The translations under genes were made by a program, and so were the position numbers. Of a stretch of 33,490 nt of DNA, positions 15,721 through 24,570 are shown piece after piece (positions within the stretch are counted from its first letter, which is position 1; every line of letters begins with the position of its first letter). The stretch is from a virus (taxonomy: Duplodnaviria > Caudoviricetes). The notes under the pieces are model-generated. The model was given only the letters and a program-made list of their open reading frames with translations, did not search any database and was not told the origin of the DNA. Location: positions 1 through 33,490 of IMG/VR virus record IMGVR_UViG_3300017727_000068. One strand, written 5' to 3'.

Positions 15721-17394
15721 GTGAGGGCTAACATGGAAAAAACTTGGGATAAGTTACATCAACCTTGTCCACTTTGTAACAGTAGTGATGCTGTTGGAAT
15801 CAACGAAGATGGTTCAGCAAAGTGCTTTAGTTGTGGTGAGTTTATGCCTGACTATAATAAAGCATGTGAGGGAAAAGATATGGAATTTAAAACAGAAACT
15901 AAACAACCTGACGTAGTAGATGAGGGAGTGTTTTCATCTTTAACAGATAGAAAAATCTCTCAACCTACTGCAACTAAGTATGGAGTAAAGGTAGTACATG
16001 ACCATCAAGGTAATGTCATTAAACATTTTTATCCATACTACAACGGACATGAACTTGCAGGTACTAAGTGTAGGAATGTAAAGAGCAAAGACTTTTTTGT
16101 TTCCGGTACTTATAATGAAACAGGTTTGTTCGGACAACAACTCTTCAAGAGTGGTAAGTATGTTACTATAACGGAAGGGGAGTGTGATGCGATGGCAGCT
16201 TACGAATTGCTAGGAAGTAAGTGGGCTGTGGTATCCATCAAACGTGGTGCTCAAGGAGCTGTACGTGATGTAAAAGAAAGCCTAGAGTTCTTTGATGAAT
16301 TTGAAAATGTAATCATTGCATTTGATAATGACAAAGCAGGAAAGGAAGCAGCAATAAAAGTAGCGAGGCTGTTTAAACCTAGTAAGGCTAAGATAGTTAC
16401 ACTCCCCAATGGGTACAAAGACCCTAACGATATGCTTAGAAACAACAAGCATAAAGAGTTTGTTGAATCGTGGTGGGCAGCTAAAGTCTATACACCATCC
16501 GGTGTCATCAATGTCTCAGAGCAACGAGAAAAATTTCACAATAGAGAAAAGAAACAAAGCGTTCCTTATCCTTACAAAGGATTGAATAAGAAACTCTATG
16601 GACTCAGACAAGGAGAACTTGTAACTCTTACAGGTGGAACAGGTCTCGGTAAGTCTAGTGTGACTAGAGAGCTAGAGCATTGGCTTATCAAAGAGACTGA
16701 AGACAACGTAGGTATCATAGCACTTGAAGAAGATTGGAGAAGAACCATTGATGGTATCTTATCTATTGAAGCTAATGCTAGACTATACATTGACCAAGAA
16801 CGTGAGAAGTTTTCAGTAGAAGAACTTGACAAAATGTTTGACATACTGTATGATGGCGATAACAAGAATAGAGTATGGGTACATTCTCATTTTGGTACTA
16901 ATGATATTGATGACATCTTTACTAAACTTAGGTTTATGATTATAGGATGTGATTGTAAGTGGATAGTCGTAGACCATCTACATATGTTAGTTAGTGCTGT
17001 GCATGAAGGCGATGAACGAAGAGCTATTGATTCTATTATGACTAGGCTTAGAAGTTTAGTAGAAGAAACAGGTGCAGGTATTATTTTAGTTTCCCACTTA
17101 CGTAGAGTAGATGGTAACAAGGGACATGAGAATGGTATAGAAGTTTCTCTATCACACTTACGAGGTTCAAATAGTATTGGACAACTTAGTGATTGTGTGA
17201 TAGCATTAGAAAGAAACCAACAATCGGATGACATGGATGAAGCTAGAACAACTAAGATGCGTGTATTAAAATCAAGATATACAGGAGATGTAGGTATGGC
17301 TTGTAGAGTAATATATGATAACGAAACTGGGAGGCTTACTGAACTAAGTGATGAAGACATAGAGTTTGATGACAGTTCAGATGAAGCATTTTAA
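15721..17394 (+). CDS. Primase-helicase (T7 gp4-like)
   Basis: CPLC...CFSC zinc finger, TOPRIM EGECD/FDND, Walker A GGTGLGKS, VVDHL and LRGS. Start could be ATG 15733. Confidence 0.95.
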   Translation: MRANMEKTWDKLHQPCPLCNSSDAVGINEDGSAKCFSCGEFMPDYNKACEGKDMEFKTETKQPDVVDEGVFSSLTDRKISQPTATKYGVKVVHDHQGNVIKHFYPYYNGHELAGTKCRNVKSKDFFVSGTYNETGLFGQQLFKSGKYVTITEGECDAMAAYELLGSKWAVVSIKRGAQGAVRDVKESLEFFDEFENVIIAFDNDKAGKEAAIKVARLFKPSKAKIVTLPNGYKDPNDMLRNNKHKEFVESWWAAKVYTPSGVINVSEQREKFHNREKKQSVPYPYKGLNKKLYGLRQGELVTLTGGTGLGKSSVTRELEHWLIKETEDNVGIIALEEDWRRTIDGILSIEANARLYIDQEREKFSVEELDKMFDILYDGDNKNRVWVHSHFGTNDIDDIFTKLRFMIIGCDCKWIVVDHLHMLVSAVHEGDERRAIDSIMTRLRSLVEETGAGIILVSHLRRVDGNKGHENGIEVSLSHLRGSNSIGQLSDCVIALERNQQSDDMDEARTTKMRVLKSRYTGDVGMACRVIYDNETGRLTELSDEDIEFDDSSDEAF

Positions 17395-17396
17395 TT

Positions 17397-19127
17397 ATGG
17401 ATTTAGTATTTGATATAGAAACAGATGACTTACAAGCAACTAAAGTATGGTGTATTGTAGCTCAAAACCCTGAGACTGGAGAGTTATTTAAGTTTACTCC
17501 AGATGAATTACAACAGGGCTATGAGTTTCTAGCTACTGCTGATAAACTTATAGGTCATAACATCATAGGCTTTGATATACCAATGGTACATAAGTTTAGT
17601 GATGTAGATTTATCAGCCATCCCTGTTATAGATACATTAGTTCTTTCACGTTTGTTTAATCCTACACGAGAAGGTGGACACAGCCTAGAGAACTGGGGAT
17701 ACAAGTTAGGTTATAATAAAATAGACTTCAATGATTATCTTAATTACTCACAGGAAATGTTAGACTATTGTGTAAGAGATGTAGAATTAAATACACAAGT
17801 ATTAAAAGAATTAAGAAAAGAGAGTAAAGGATTTTCTCAAGACTCAATTAAGATTGAGCAAGGTGTTGCTAAGATTATTAGACAACAAGAAACTAATGGA
17901 TTCAGATTTGATATGCAACATGCTGAACTATTATTAGCTGAGTTAAGAGAGAAGAAACAATCAATAGAAGAAGAAGTACAGAAGACGTTTAAACCTAAGT
18001 GGGTAGATGATAAGTTAGTCACACCTTACATTAGAAAAGATGGTCAGTTATCTAAACGTGGATTAACTGATGAAGAATATACAAACTGTTTAAACACTTC
18101 CAACTTTAATCCATTCATGCGTAAGACTTTACAAGAGTTTAATCTTGGTAGTCGTAAACAGATAGGCGAATACTTAATTGACTTTGGTTGGAAGCCAGAT
18201 AGATTTACACCAACAGGTCAGCCTATCGTAGATGAAAAAACTTTATCCAAGATAACTCATATCCATGAAGCTAAATTAATTGCAGACTTTCTTTTATTAC
18301 AAAAGAGAATTGCACAAATTGATTCATGGTTTGAAGCAGTTAAAGATGATGGTAGGGTACATGGCTTTGTAATACCTAACGGTACTATAACAGGTCGCAT
18401 GACTCATCGTAATCCTAACATGGCACAAGTTCCTAGTTCTCATAGTCCTTTTGGTAAAGAGTGTAGAGCTTGTTGGACTGTGGATGAAGGTAATGTTCTA
18501 CTAGGAGTTGATGCTAGTGGATTAGAAATAAGAATGTTGGCACACTATATGGCTGACGAGGAGTTCATAAATGAAATCATTAACGGAGACATACACACCT
18601 CTAATCAAAAACTTGCACAGCTTGAATCTAGAGATAAGGCAAAGACATTCATCTATGCCCTCATGTACGGAGCAGGAGATGAAAAACTTGGAAGCGTGGT
18701 TGGTGGAAGTAAAACAGATGGTCGAAGAGCTAGACAACATTTCTTCGATAATAAGCCTTCATTTAAATCTCTTAGAGACAGAGTACAAAGAGCATCTACA
18801 AAAACTTATCTCAAAGGTATAGATGGTCGTAAGCTTTATGTTCGTAATCAACATTCAGCTTTGAATACTTTGTTACAAGGAGCAGGTTCTATAGTAATGA
18901 AGAAGGCATTGGTTGAGTTAGATTCTATATTACGTTTAAACTCAATCAGTTATAAGTTTGTTGCCAACATACATGATGAGTGGCAGATAGAAGTAAAAGA
19001 AAGTCAAGCAGATTTTGCAGGTTCTTTAGCTGTTGAAAGTATAATCAAGGCTGGAGAAAATTTTAATCTTCGTTGTCCGTTGGATGGCGAATACAAGATA
19101 GGAGGGAACTGGAGTGAAACACACTAG
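17397..19127 (+). CDS. polA: DNA polymerase family A (T7 gp5-like)
   Basis: Exonuclease FDIET and GHNI..FD, motif A DASGLEIR, motif B RDKAKTFIYALMYG, motif C IHDE. Confidence 0.96.
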   Translation: MDLVFDIETDDLQATKVWCIVAQNPETGELFKFTPDELQQGYEFLATADKLIGHNIIGFDIPMVHKFSDVDLSAIPVIDTLVLSRLFNPTREGGHSLENWGYKLGYNKIDFNDYLNYSQEMLDYCVRDVELNTQVLKELRKESKGFSQDSIKIEQGVAKIIRQQETNGFRFDMQHAELLLAELREKKQSIEEEVQKTFKPKWVDDKLVTPYIRKDGQLSKRGLTDEEYTNCLNTSNFNPFMRKTLQEFNLGSRKQIGEYLIDFGWKPDRFTPTGQPIVDEKTLSKITHIHEAKLIADFLLLQKRIAQIDSWFEAVKDDGRVHGFVIPNGTITGRMTHRNPNMAQVPSSHSPFGKECRACWTVDEGNVLLGVDASGLEIRMLAHYMADEEFINEIINGDIHTSNQKLAQLESRDKAKTFIYALMYGAGDEKLGSVVGGSKTDGRRARQHFFDNKPSFKSLRDRVQRASTKTYLKGIDGRKLYVRNQHSALNTLLQGAGSIVMKKALVELDSILRLNSISYKFVANIHDEWQIEVKESQADFAGSLAVESIIKAGENFNLRCPLDGEYKIGGNWSETH

Positions 19128-19617
19128 AGTATTAAGTAAAAGATTTGAAGATGGCGAATGGTGGTATATAAGACCTAATGGAAATCGAGAACGAGTAGAG
19201 TCTCATCTAAGAAAGAATGATAAACGAATGTTTGTTAATGGTAAGTATATACCACAGTCTCATCCATTATGGAAGTCAGGTAAGTATAAAACTTTTGACG
19301 ATGCTGCATTTAGTTCTCTTCAAAACTATGAATCTTCTACAGAAGGAGAAGTATATATTATAACTAATAAAGCTTGGGAAGGATGGATAAAAATTGGTAT
19401 GGCTGTAGATGCTGAAGACCGATGTAAAGGTTATCAAACTTCTAGTCCTTTACGAGATTTTAAATTAAAGTTTAAAAAATATTTTAATGATAGACGTTCT
19501 GCTGAATCACAAGCACATTTTTTATGTTCTAAAAAAGCACAAAAACGTAAAGGCGAGTGGTTTAGATTAGACACAAAAATAGCTGAAGATATTATAAATA
19601 ACATGGAGATAATTTAA
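19114..19617 (+). CDS. GIY-YIG/T5orf172-domain protein
   Basis: GEVYII...WIKIG.A...EDR...YQTSSP...AE...H...GEWF. Confidence 0.8.
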   Translation: MKHTRVLSKRFEDGEWWYIRPNGNRERVESHLRKNDKRMFVNGKYIPQSHPLWKSGKYKTFDDAAFSSLQNYESSTEGEVYIITNKAWEGWIKIGMAVDAEDRCKGYQTSSPLRDFKLKFKKYFNDRRSAESQAHFLCSKKAQKRKGEWFRLDTKIAEDIINNMEII

Positions 19618-19618
19618 A

Positions 19619-20437
19619 ATGAATAAATCAACAAAAACACTTGACACTTCTACACAAGAAGTATATAATACATTATCGGCTACTAAATTTAAGTCGGAGT
19701 CTGGTCATTGGTATACCAGAGATGGTGAACCTATGTATACAATCATAGGTGCTAATGGTAAAGAAAGAAATACTACACTTCGAGATGCAAAGAAGGAAGG
19801 CTTTGTCCCTTCGGTTACTACTATTCTAGGGATGGTAGCTAAACCATCATTAGAAAACTGGAAAATAAATCAAGCTCTTAACTCTGCACTTACGTTAGAA
19901 AAGAAAGACAACGAATCATTAGAAGAGTTTGCTTACAGATGTAAACAAGATTCTAAAGAGATAGGTCGTAAGGCTGCTGAACGAGGCACAGAGATTCATG
20001 CTAATATTGAGAAAGGATTCTTAGGATTAGGTACGTCTAGTACTTATGAGATAATCCAGTCGTGGTTAGATGAAAACTTTCCGGATGAAGAATGGATTGC
20101 AGAAGATTCTTTCTGTGCTAATCAAGGTTATGGTGGTAAGATAGACTTGTATTCTAAGTCTGGTATCTTTGTTGACTTTAAAACTAAAGACAATCTTAAA
20201 GGTAAAGACCCTGCTAAGTTAGTCTATGATGACCATGGTATGCAGTTATCTGCGTATGCCCAAGGCTGTAACATAGATAACCCACAAAGAGTTTCTATCT
20301 TTGTTGATAGAGAAGATACTGATTTAGTGGCATGTCATATCTGGGATACAGAGTCACATGAGAAACATAAACAAATGTTTAATAGTATCCTACAATTTTG
20401 GCAACTGGTAAAAAATTATGAATGGCAAGAAAGCTAA
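19619..20437 (+). CDS. PD-(D/E)xK exonuclease
   Basis: PSVTTIL, RGTEIH, YGGKIDL, VDFKT, QLSAY. Confidence 0.85.
   Translation: MNKSTKTLDTSTQEVYNTLSATKFKSESGHWYTRDGEPMYTIIGANGKERNTTLRDAKKEGFVPSVTTILGMVAKPSLENWKINQALNSALTLEKKDNESLEEFAYRCKQDSKEIGRKAAERGTEIHANIEKGFLGLGTSSTYEIIQSWLDENFPDEEWIAEDSFCANQGYGGKIDLYSKSGIFVDFKTKDNLKGKDPAKLVYDDHGMQLSAYAQGCNIDNPQRVSIFVDREDTDLVACHIWDTESHEKHKQMFNSILQFWQLVKNYEWQES
19641..19669 (+). promoter_or_regulatory. Consensus sigma70 promoter inside the exonuclease 5' end
   Basis: TTGACA, 17 bp, TATAAT. Confidence 0.7.
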
Positions 20438-20669
20438 ACTGATAAGAAGAAAAGCAGAGAACATGTTGATTGATTGGTTAAGAACCATGACACCTGATAG
20501 TGAAGACACATCTAAAATTAACAGGAAGAACTTACATGAGTTCTTACCAGAACAAACACATGTTTTTGGTATGGGTAGAATGTTACTAAGTGCTTATAGT
20601 CTACGATGGTTTACTAAGAAAATTAAACGTAATCCAAATGTAACATTAGAAGAGTTATTGAATGGCTAG
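20418..20669 (+). CDS. Hypothetical protein
   Basis: 83 aa, MNGKKAK.IR start, overlapped operon packing. Confidence 0.7.
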   Translation: MNGKKAKLIRRKAENMLIDWLRTMTPDSEDTSKINRKNLHEFLPEQTHVFGMGRMLLSAYSLRWFTKKIKRNPNVTLEELLNG

Positions 20670-21093
20670 AAAACCTAGAAAACCTAGACCTAAAAAAACA
20701 AACGTGCCTAAAGGTTATGATAGTTTATGGGAAGTTACTTTACATGAGACTGTCTTACAAAATTGGAAACATCATTTCGATACTATTGATTATATAGTAC
20801 GACATAAATATGAACCTGATTTTGTAAAAGAAATAAAAGGTAAAACAATATTACTAGAAGCTAAAGGTAGATTCTGGGACTATGCAGAGTATAGTAAGTA
20901 CATACATATACGAACAGCATTACCTAAGAATTATGAATTAGTATTTTTATTTCAGAAACCATTCTCTCCTATGCCACAAGCAAAGAAAAGAAAAGATGGT
21001 ACAAAAAGAACCCATGCTGAATGGGCAGAGACAAACAACTTCACATGGTATAGTGAAGAAACATTACCGGAGGAATGGAAAAGTGAAACGTAA
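20662..21093 (+). CDS. Endonuclease I/Holliday junction resolvase (T7 gp3-like)
   Basis: YDS.WE, YEPDF, LEAKGRF, T.AEWA....F.W. Confidence 0.85.
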   Translation: MARKPRKPRPKKTNVPKGYDSLWEVTLHETVLQNWKHHFDTIDYIVRHKYEPDFVKEIKGKTILLEAKGRFWDYAEYSKYIHIRTALPKNYELVFLFQKPFSPMPQAKKRKDGTKRTHAEWAETNNFTWYSEETLPEEWKSET

Positions 21094-21367
21094 ACTTAAT
21101 TATAAATTTAAAGAAGATTTAATTATCGCTGATATAAAAAAACATATTGATGCTACGTACACTCAACACTATGCTAACGGTAAGTACCAAGCAACTGATA
21201 TGATATTAGATGCTGGACATGGTGAAGGTTTCTGTCTTGGAAACATTATGAAGTACGCTATGAGGTATGGTAAGAAAGATGGTAAGAACTCAAATGACTT
21301 GCTAAAGATTATTCACTATGCTATAATAGCTTTATATATAACAGGAAACGAAGATGATAGAAGATAA
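21083..21367 (+). CDS. DUF3310-family protein
   Basis: GTG start after GGAGG. HY...Q, GFCLGNIMKYAMRYGKK.G...DLLK. Confidence 0.8.
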   Translation: MKRKLNYKFKEDLIIADIKKHIDATYTQHYANGKYQATDMILDAGHGEGFCLGNIMKYAMRYGKKDGKNSNDLLKIIHYAIIALYITGNEDDRR

Positions 21368-23249
21368 GATAGGTAAGAAACCTTACTTAGGAATTTGTAT
21401 AGATTATAATAAAGAGAAAACGTTTGATAAGTTTAGTCTAGATACTCTTAAGGACAGATACTTTTGGGATAAAGAGACCCATGCTCAAGAAGCTTTTGCA
21501 AGAGCTTCGGTATTTGGAGCAACGTACAAAGGAGAAACAGATTATGAATTGGCTCAAAGACTTTATAACTACAGTTCCGACTGTTGGTTTATGTTCAGTA
21601 CTCCTATACTTAGTAACGGAGGAACAACTCGTGGGCTTCCTATCAGTTGTTTTCTTAATTACGTACCTGACAGCAGGGGTGGTCTCTCTGCTCATTACGA
21701 TGAGAACATATGGTTGGCGAGTTCGGGTGGAGGCATCGGTGGATATTGGGGAGATGTTCGTAGTAATGGTATTTCTACTACTCATGGCTCTCGTTCTACT
21801 GGAAGCATTCCTTTCATGCATGTAGTTGATTCTCAAATGTTAGCCTTCAATCAAGGCACTACAAGGAGAGGAAGCTATGCAGCTTACATGGATATAAGTC
21901 ATCCAGAGATTGAAGAGTTTGTAAACATGAGAAGAGAATCAGGTGGTGATATTAATAGGAAGTGTTTAAACCTTCACAATGGAATTAATATAACCAACTC
22001 ATTTTTAGAAGCTGTTGAGAATGATGAAGACTGGAGATTGATTGACCCTAAAACTAATGAAGCTGTAAAGACAATCAACGCTAGAGATTTATGGTGGCAA
22101 ATACTTTTTGCTAGAGCCGAGACAGGTGAGCCTTACATGATTAATATAGATACATGTAATGATGCTTTACCTAAAGAACAAAAAGATTTAGGATTAAGTA
22201 TTAGACAAAGTAATCTATGTTCAGAAATAACTCTACCTACAAGTGAAGAACGCACAGCAGTATGTTGTTTGTCTTCAGTAAACTTGGAACACTTTGATAA
22301 GTGGTCAAAGGATGAATCTTTTATTAATGATTTAATTACAATGCTTGATAATGTTTTACAACACTATATAGATAATGCTGTAGACACATCACAACTAGGA
22401 GAATATAGTGCAAACTTCAAACGTTTTTCAAAATATATTAGAGAAGGTAAGGAAGGCTATACCAAATCAGCTTATTCAGCGTATAGGGAAAGGTCTCTTG
22501 GTCTTGGGGCGATGGGCTTCCACGCTTATCTTCAATCTAAAGGAATACCTTTTGAAGGTATATTCGCAACTGGCTTCAATCATAAAGCCTTTAGTTACAT
22601 CAAAGGTGAAGCGACAAAAGCTTCTCAATACTTGGCAGAAGAAAGGGGTGAAGCTCCTGATATACATGGTTCAGGGCTTAGAAATGCTAATCTATTGGCT
22701 GTTGCTCCTAACGCTTCTTCCGGTATTATTTGTAGTGGGACTTCCCCTAGTATTGAGCCTTATAGGGCTAACGTCTATACGCACAAAACTTTGTCAGGTA
22801 CTTACCAAGTTAAGAACAAATACTTAGAAAAACTTTTAAAGTCTAAAGGATTGAAAGCCACAGAACTTGAACAAGTTTGGAAAGATATTGCTGGTAGTGA
22901 AGGTTCGGTACAACATCTAGATATATTAGATGAGAAAGAAAAAGAACTATTTAAAACAGCAAATGAAATAAATCAAATATGGATTGTCGAACATGCACAT
23001 ATGAGACAAGAATTTATTTGTCAAAGTCAAAGTGTAAATTTATTTTTTACACTACCTAAGACTACGGATGACCAAGAGGTACATGATGAATACATGCAGT
23101 ATGTAAATGATGTCCATTGGTATGGTATGCATAAACTTAAATCGCTATATTACTTTAGGTCTAATGCAGCTAGAAACGTAGAGAATGTTAATTTAAAAAT
23201 CCCTCGTATTAAATTAGATGAAGAGGGATGTATTGCCTGTGAAGGCTAG
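21354..23249 (+). CDS. nrdA: Ribonucleotide reductase class Ia alpha subunit (no ATP cone)
   Basis: STPILSN, PISCF, QSNLCSEI, APNASS, KSLYY, C-terminal CIACEG. Confidence 0.96.
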   Translation: MIEDKIGKKPYLGICIDYNKEKTFDKFSLDTLKDRYFWDKETHAQEAFARASVFGATYKGETDYELAQRLYNYSSDCWFMFSTPILSNGGTTRGLPISCFLNYVPDSRGGLSAHYDENIWLASSGGGIGGYWGDVRSNGISTTHGSRSTGSIPFMHVVDSQMLAFNQGTTRRGSYAAYMDISHPEIEEFVNMRRESGGDINRKCLNLHNGINITNSFLEAVENDEDWRLIDPKTNEAVKTINARDLWWQILFARAETGEPYMINIDTCNDALPKEQKDLGLSIRQSNLCSEITLPTSEERTAVCCLSSVNLEHFDKWSKDESFINDLITMLDNVLQHYIDNAVDTSQLGEYSANFKRFSKYIREGKEGYTKSAYSAYRERSLGLGAMGFHAYLQSKGIPFEGIFATGFNHKAFSYIKGEATKASQYLAEERGEAPDIHGSGLRNANLLAVAPNASSGIICSGTSPSIEPYRANVYTHKTLSGTYQVKNKYLEKLLKSKGLKATELEQVWKDIAGSEGSVQHLDILDEKEKELFKTANEINQIWIVEHAHMRQEFICQSQSVNLFFTLPKTTDDQEVHDEYMQYVNDVHWYGMHKLKSLYYFRSNAARNVENVNLKIPRIKLDEEGCIACEG

Positions 23250-23258
23250 GAAAAAGTT

Positions 23259-24242
23259 ATGAGCTTATTATCAACAAGAGATTATTATAAACCGTTTGAG
23301 TATCCATGGATGTATGATTACTACAAACTACAAAACCAAATGCATTGGATGCCTGAGTCTGTACCTTTACATACAGATGTAAAAGATTGGCAAGACATTT
23401 CAGAAACAGAAAAGAATTTACTAACACAAATATTTAGATTGTTCACTCAGTCAGATGTAGATGTAGCTTCAGGATATATAGATAAGTATATGCCTATCTT
23501 TAAAAAACCAGAAGCAAGAATGATGATGAGTTCTTTTGCTAACATGGAATCAATACATCAAGATGCCTATAGTTTATTACTTGACACAGTTGGAATGCCT
23601 GAGTTAGAATATAAAGCATTCTCTGAGTATGAAGAAATGGCAGACAAGCATGATTATGTGGGAACGTTTAAACCACGTAAGAATGATAAGAGAACGATTG
23701 CAAAAACTTTAGCAGTTTATTCTGCATTTACAGAAGGACTACAATTATTTAGTAGCTTTGCAATCTTGTTAAACTTTCCTAGATTTGGAAAGATGAAAGG
23801 GATGGGACAGATTGTAACTTATTCTATACGTGATGAGTCAATGCACGTTGAAGCAATGACTAAATTATTTAGAGAGTTTATTCAAGAGAACATAGATATA
23901 TGGACAGATGATTTCAAAGGCGAACTATATCAAATATGTAGAGAGATGGTTGCACTTGAAGATAAGTTTCTTGATTTAGTATTTGAGATGGGAGACTTAC
24001 AGGGATTAACTAAGAAAGATATGTATGCTTATAATAGATACATAGCAGATAGAAGATTATTACAGCTTGGTCTTAAAACTAATTACGACCAGAAAGAGAA
24101 TCCACTTGGATGGATAGATGAAGTCATGGGTGTTGAACATCAAAACTTCTTTGAAGGTAGAGCTACAACTTATATGAAAGCTGGACTCAGAGGAAAACAA
24201 GACCTAATGAACTTCGCAAACTTAAGGACAGTCAATGAATAA
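23259..24242 (+). CDS. nrdB: Ribonucleotide reductase class Ia beta subunit
   Basis: W.PE, FTQSD, ESIH..AY, EGLQLFSSF, RDESMH, NFFE.R...Y. Confidence 0.96.
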   Translation: MSLLSTRDYYKPFEYPWMYDYYKLQNQMHWMPESVPLHTDVKDWQDISETEKNLLTQIFRLFTQSDVDVASGYIDKYMPIFKKPEARMMMSSFANMESIHQDAYSLLLDTVGMPELEYKAFSEYEEMADKHDYVGTFKPRKNDKRTIAKTLAVYSAFTEGLQLFSSFAILLNFPRFGKMKGMGQIVTYSIRDESMHVEAMTKLFREFIQENIDIWTDDFKGELYQICREMVALEDKFLDLVFEMGDLQGLTKKDMYAYNRYIADRRLLQLGLKTNYDQKENPLGWIDEVMGVEHQNFFEGRATTYMKAGLRGKQDLMNFANLRTVNE

Positions 24243-24450
24243 TAAAACAGAAGCTAATCTTATTAGTTTCAAAGTTCTACTTACTAAAGATAACAAGATA
24301 GTAACTGAATTATCTCAGCTACCATTAGATAAAGTTGATGGGTGTTTTCCAGAACACGATAGAGTTTTAATAAAAACTTTACTCAGACGAGCAAAAGAGA
24401 AGCTTGACCCCATACATAGGTTTTTAGAACGTGAAACTGGGGTTTTATAA
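24235..24450 (+). CDS. Hypothetical protein
   Basis: 71 aa, AAGGA SD, last gene of the plus arm. Confidence 0.7.
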   Translation: MNNKTEANLISFKVLLTKDNKIVTELSQLPLDKVDGCFPEHDRVLIKTLLRRAKEKLDPIHRFLERETGVL

Positions 24451-24472
24451 AAAAACGACCTCACACAATAGC

Positions 24473-24552
24473 CGTAGTTAAACGAACAGGATGTAAGTAA
24501 TACCATTGGTCCAAAAACATCTAACGTTTAACCACGAGCTTCTATGTAGCTC
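24473..24552. other. Imperfect long hairpin at the convergence of the two arms
   Basis: CGTAGTTAAACG (24473) / CGTTTAACCACG (24525), inner GATGT/ACATC, then GAGCT/AGCTC. Confidence 0.55.
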
Positions 24553-24570
24553 TCATAGCATTTACCTATT

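Noticed and set aside
21438-22827. Alternative-frame and antisense ORFs inside nrdA, and likewise within portal, terL, primase, polA and cyclase
   Set aside because: Shadow ORFs of well-supported genes with no SD or recognisable motifs.
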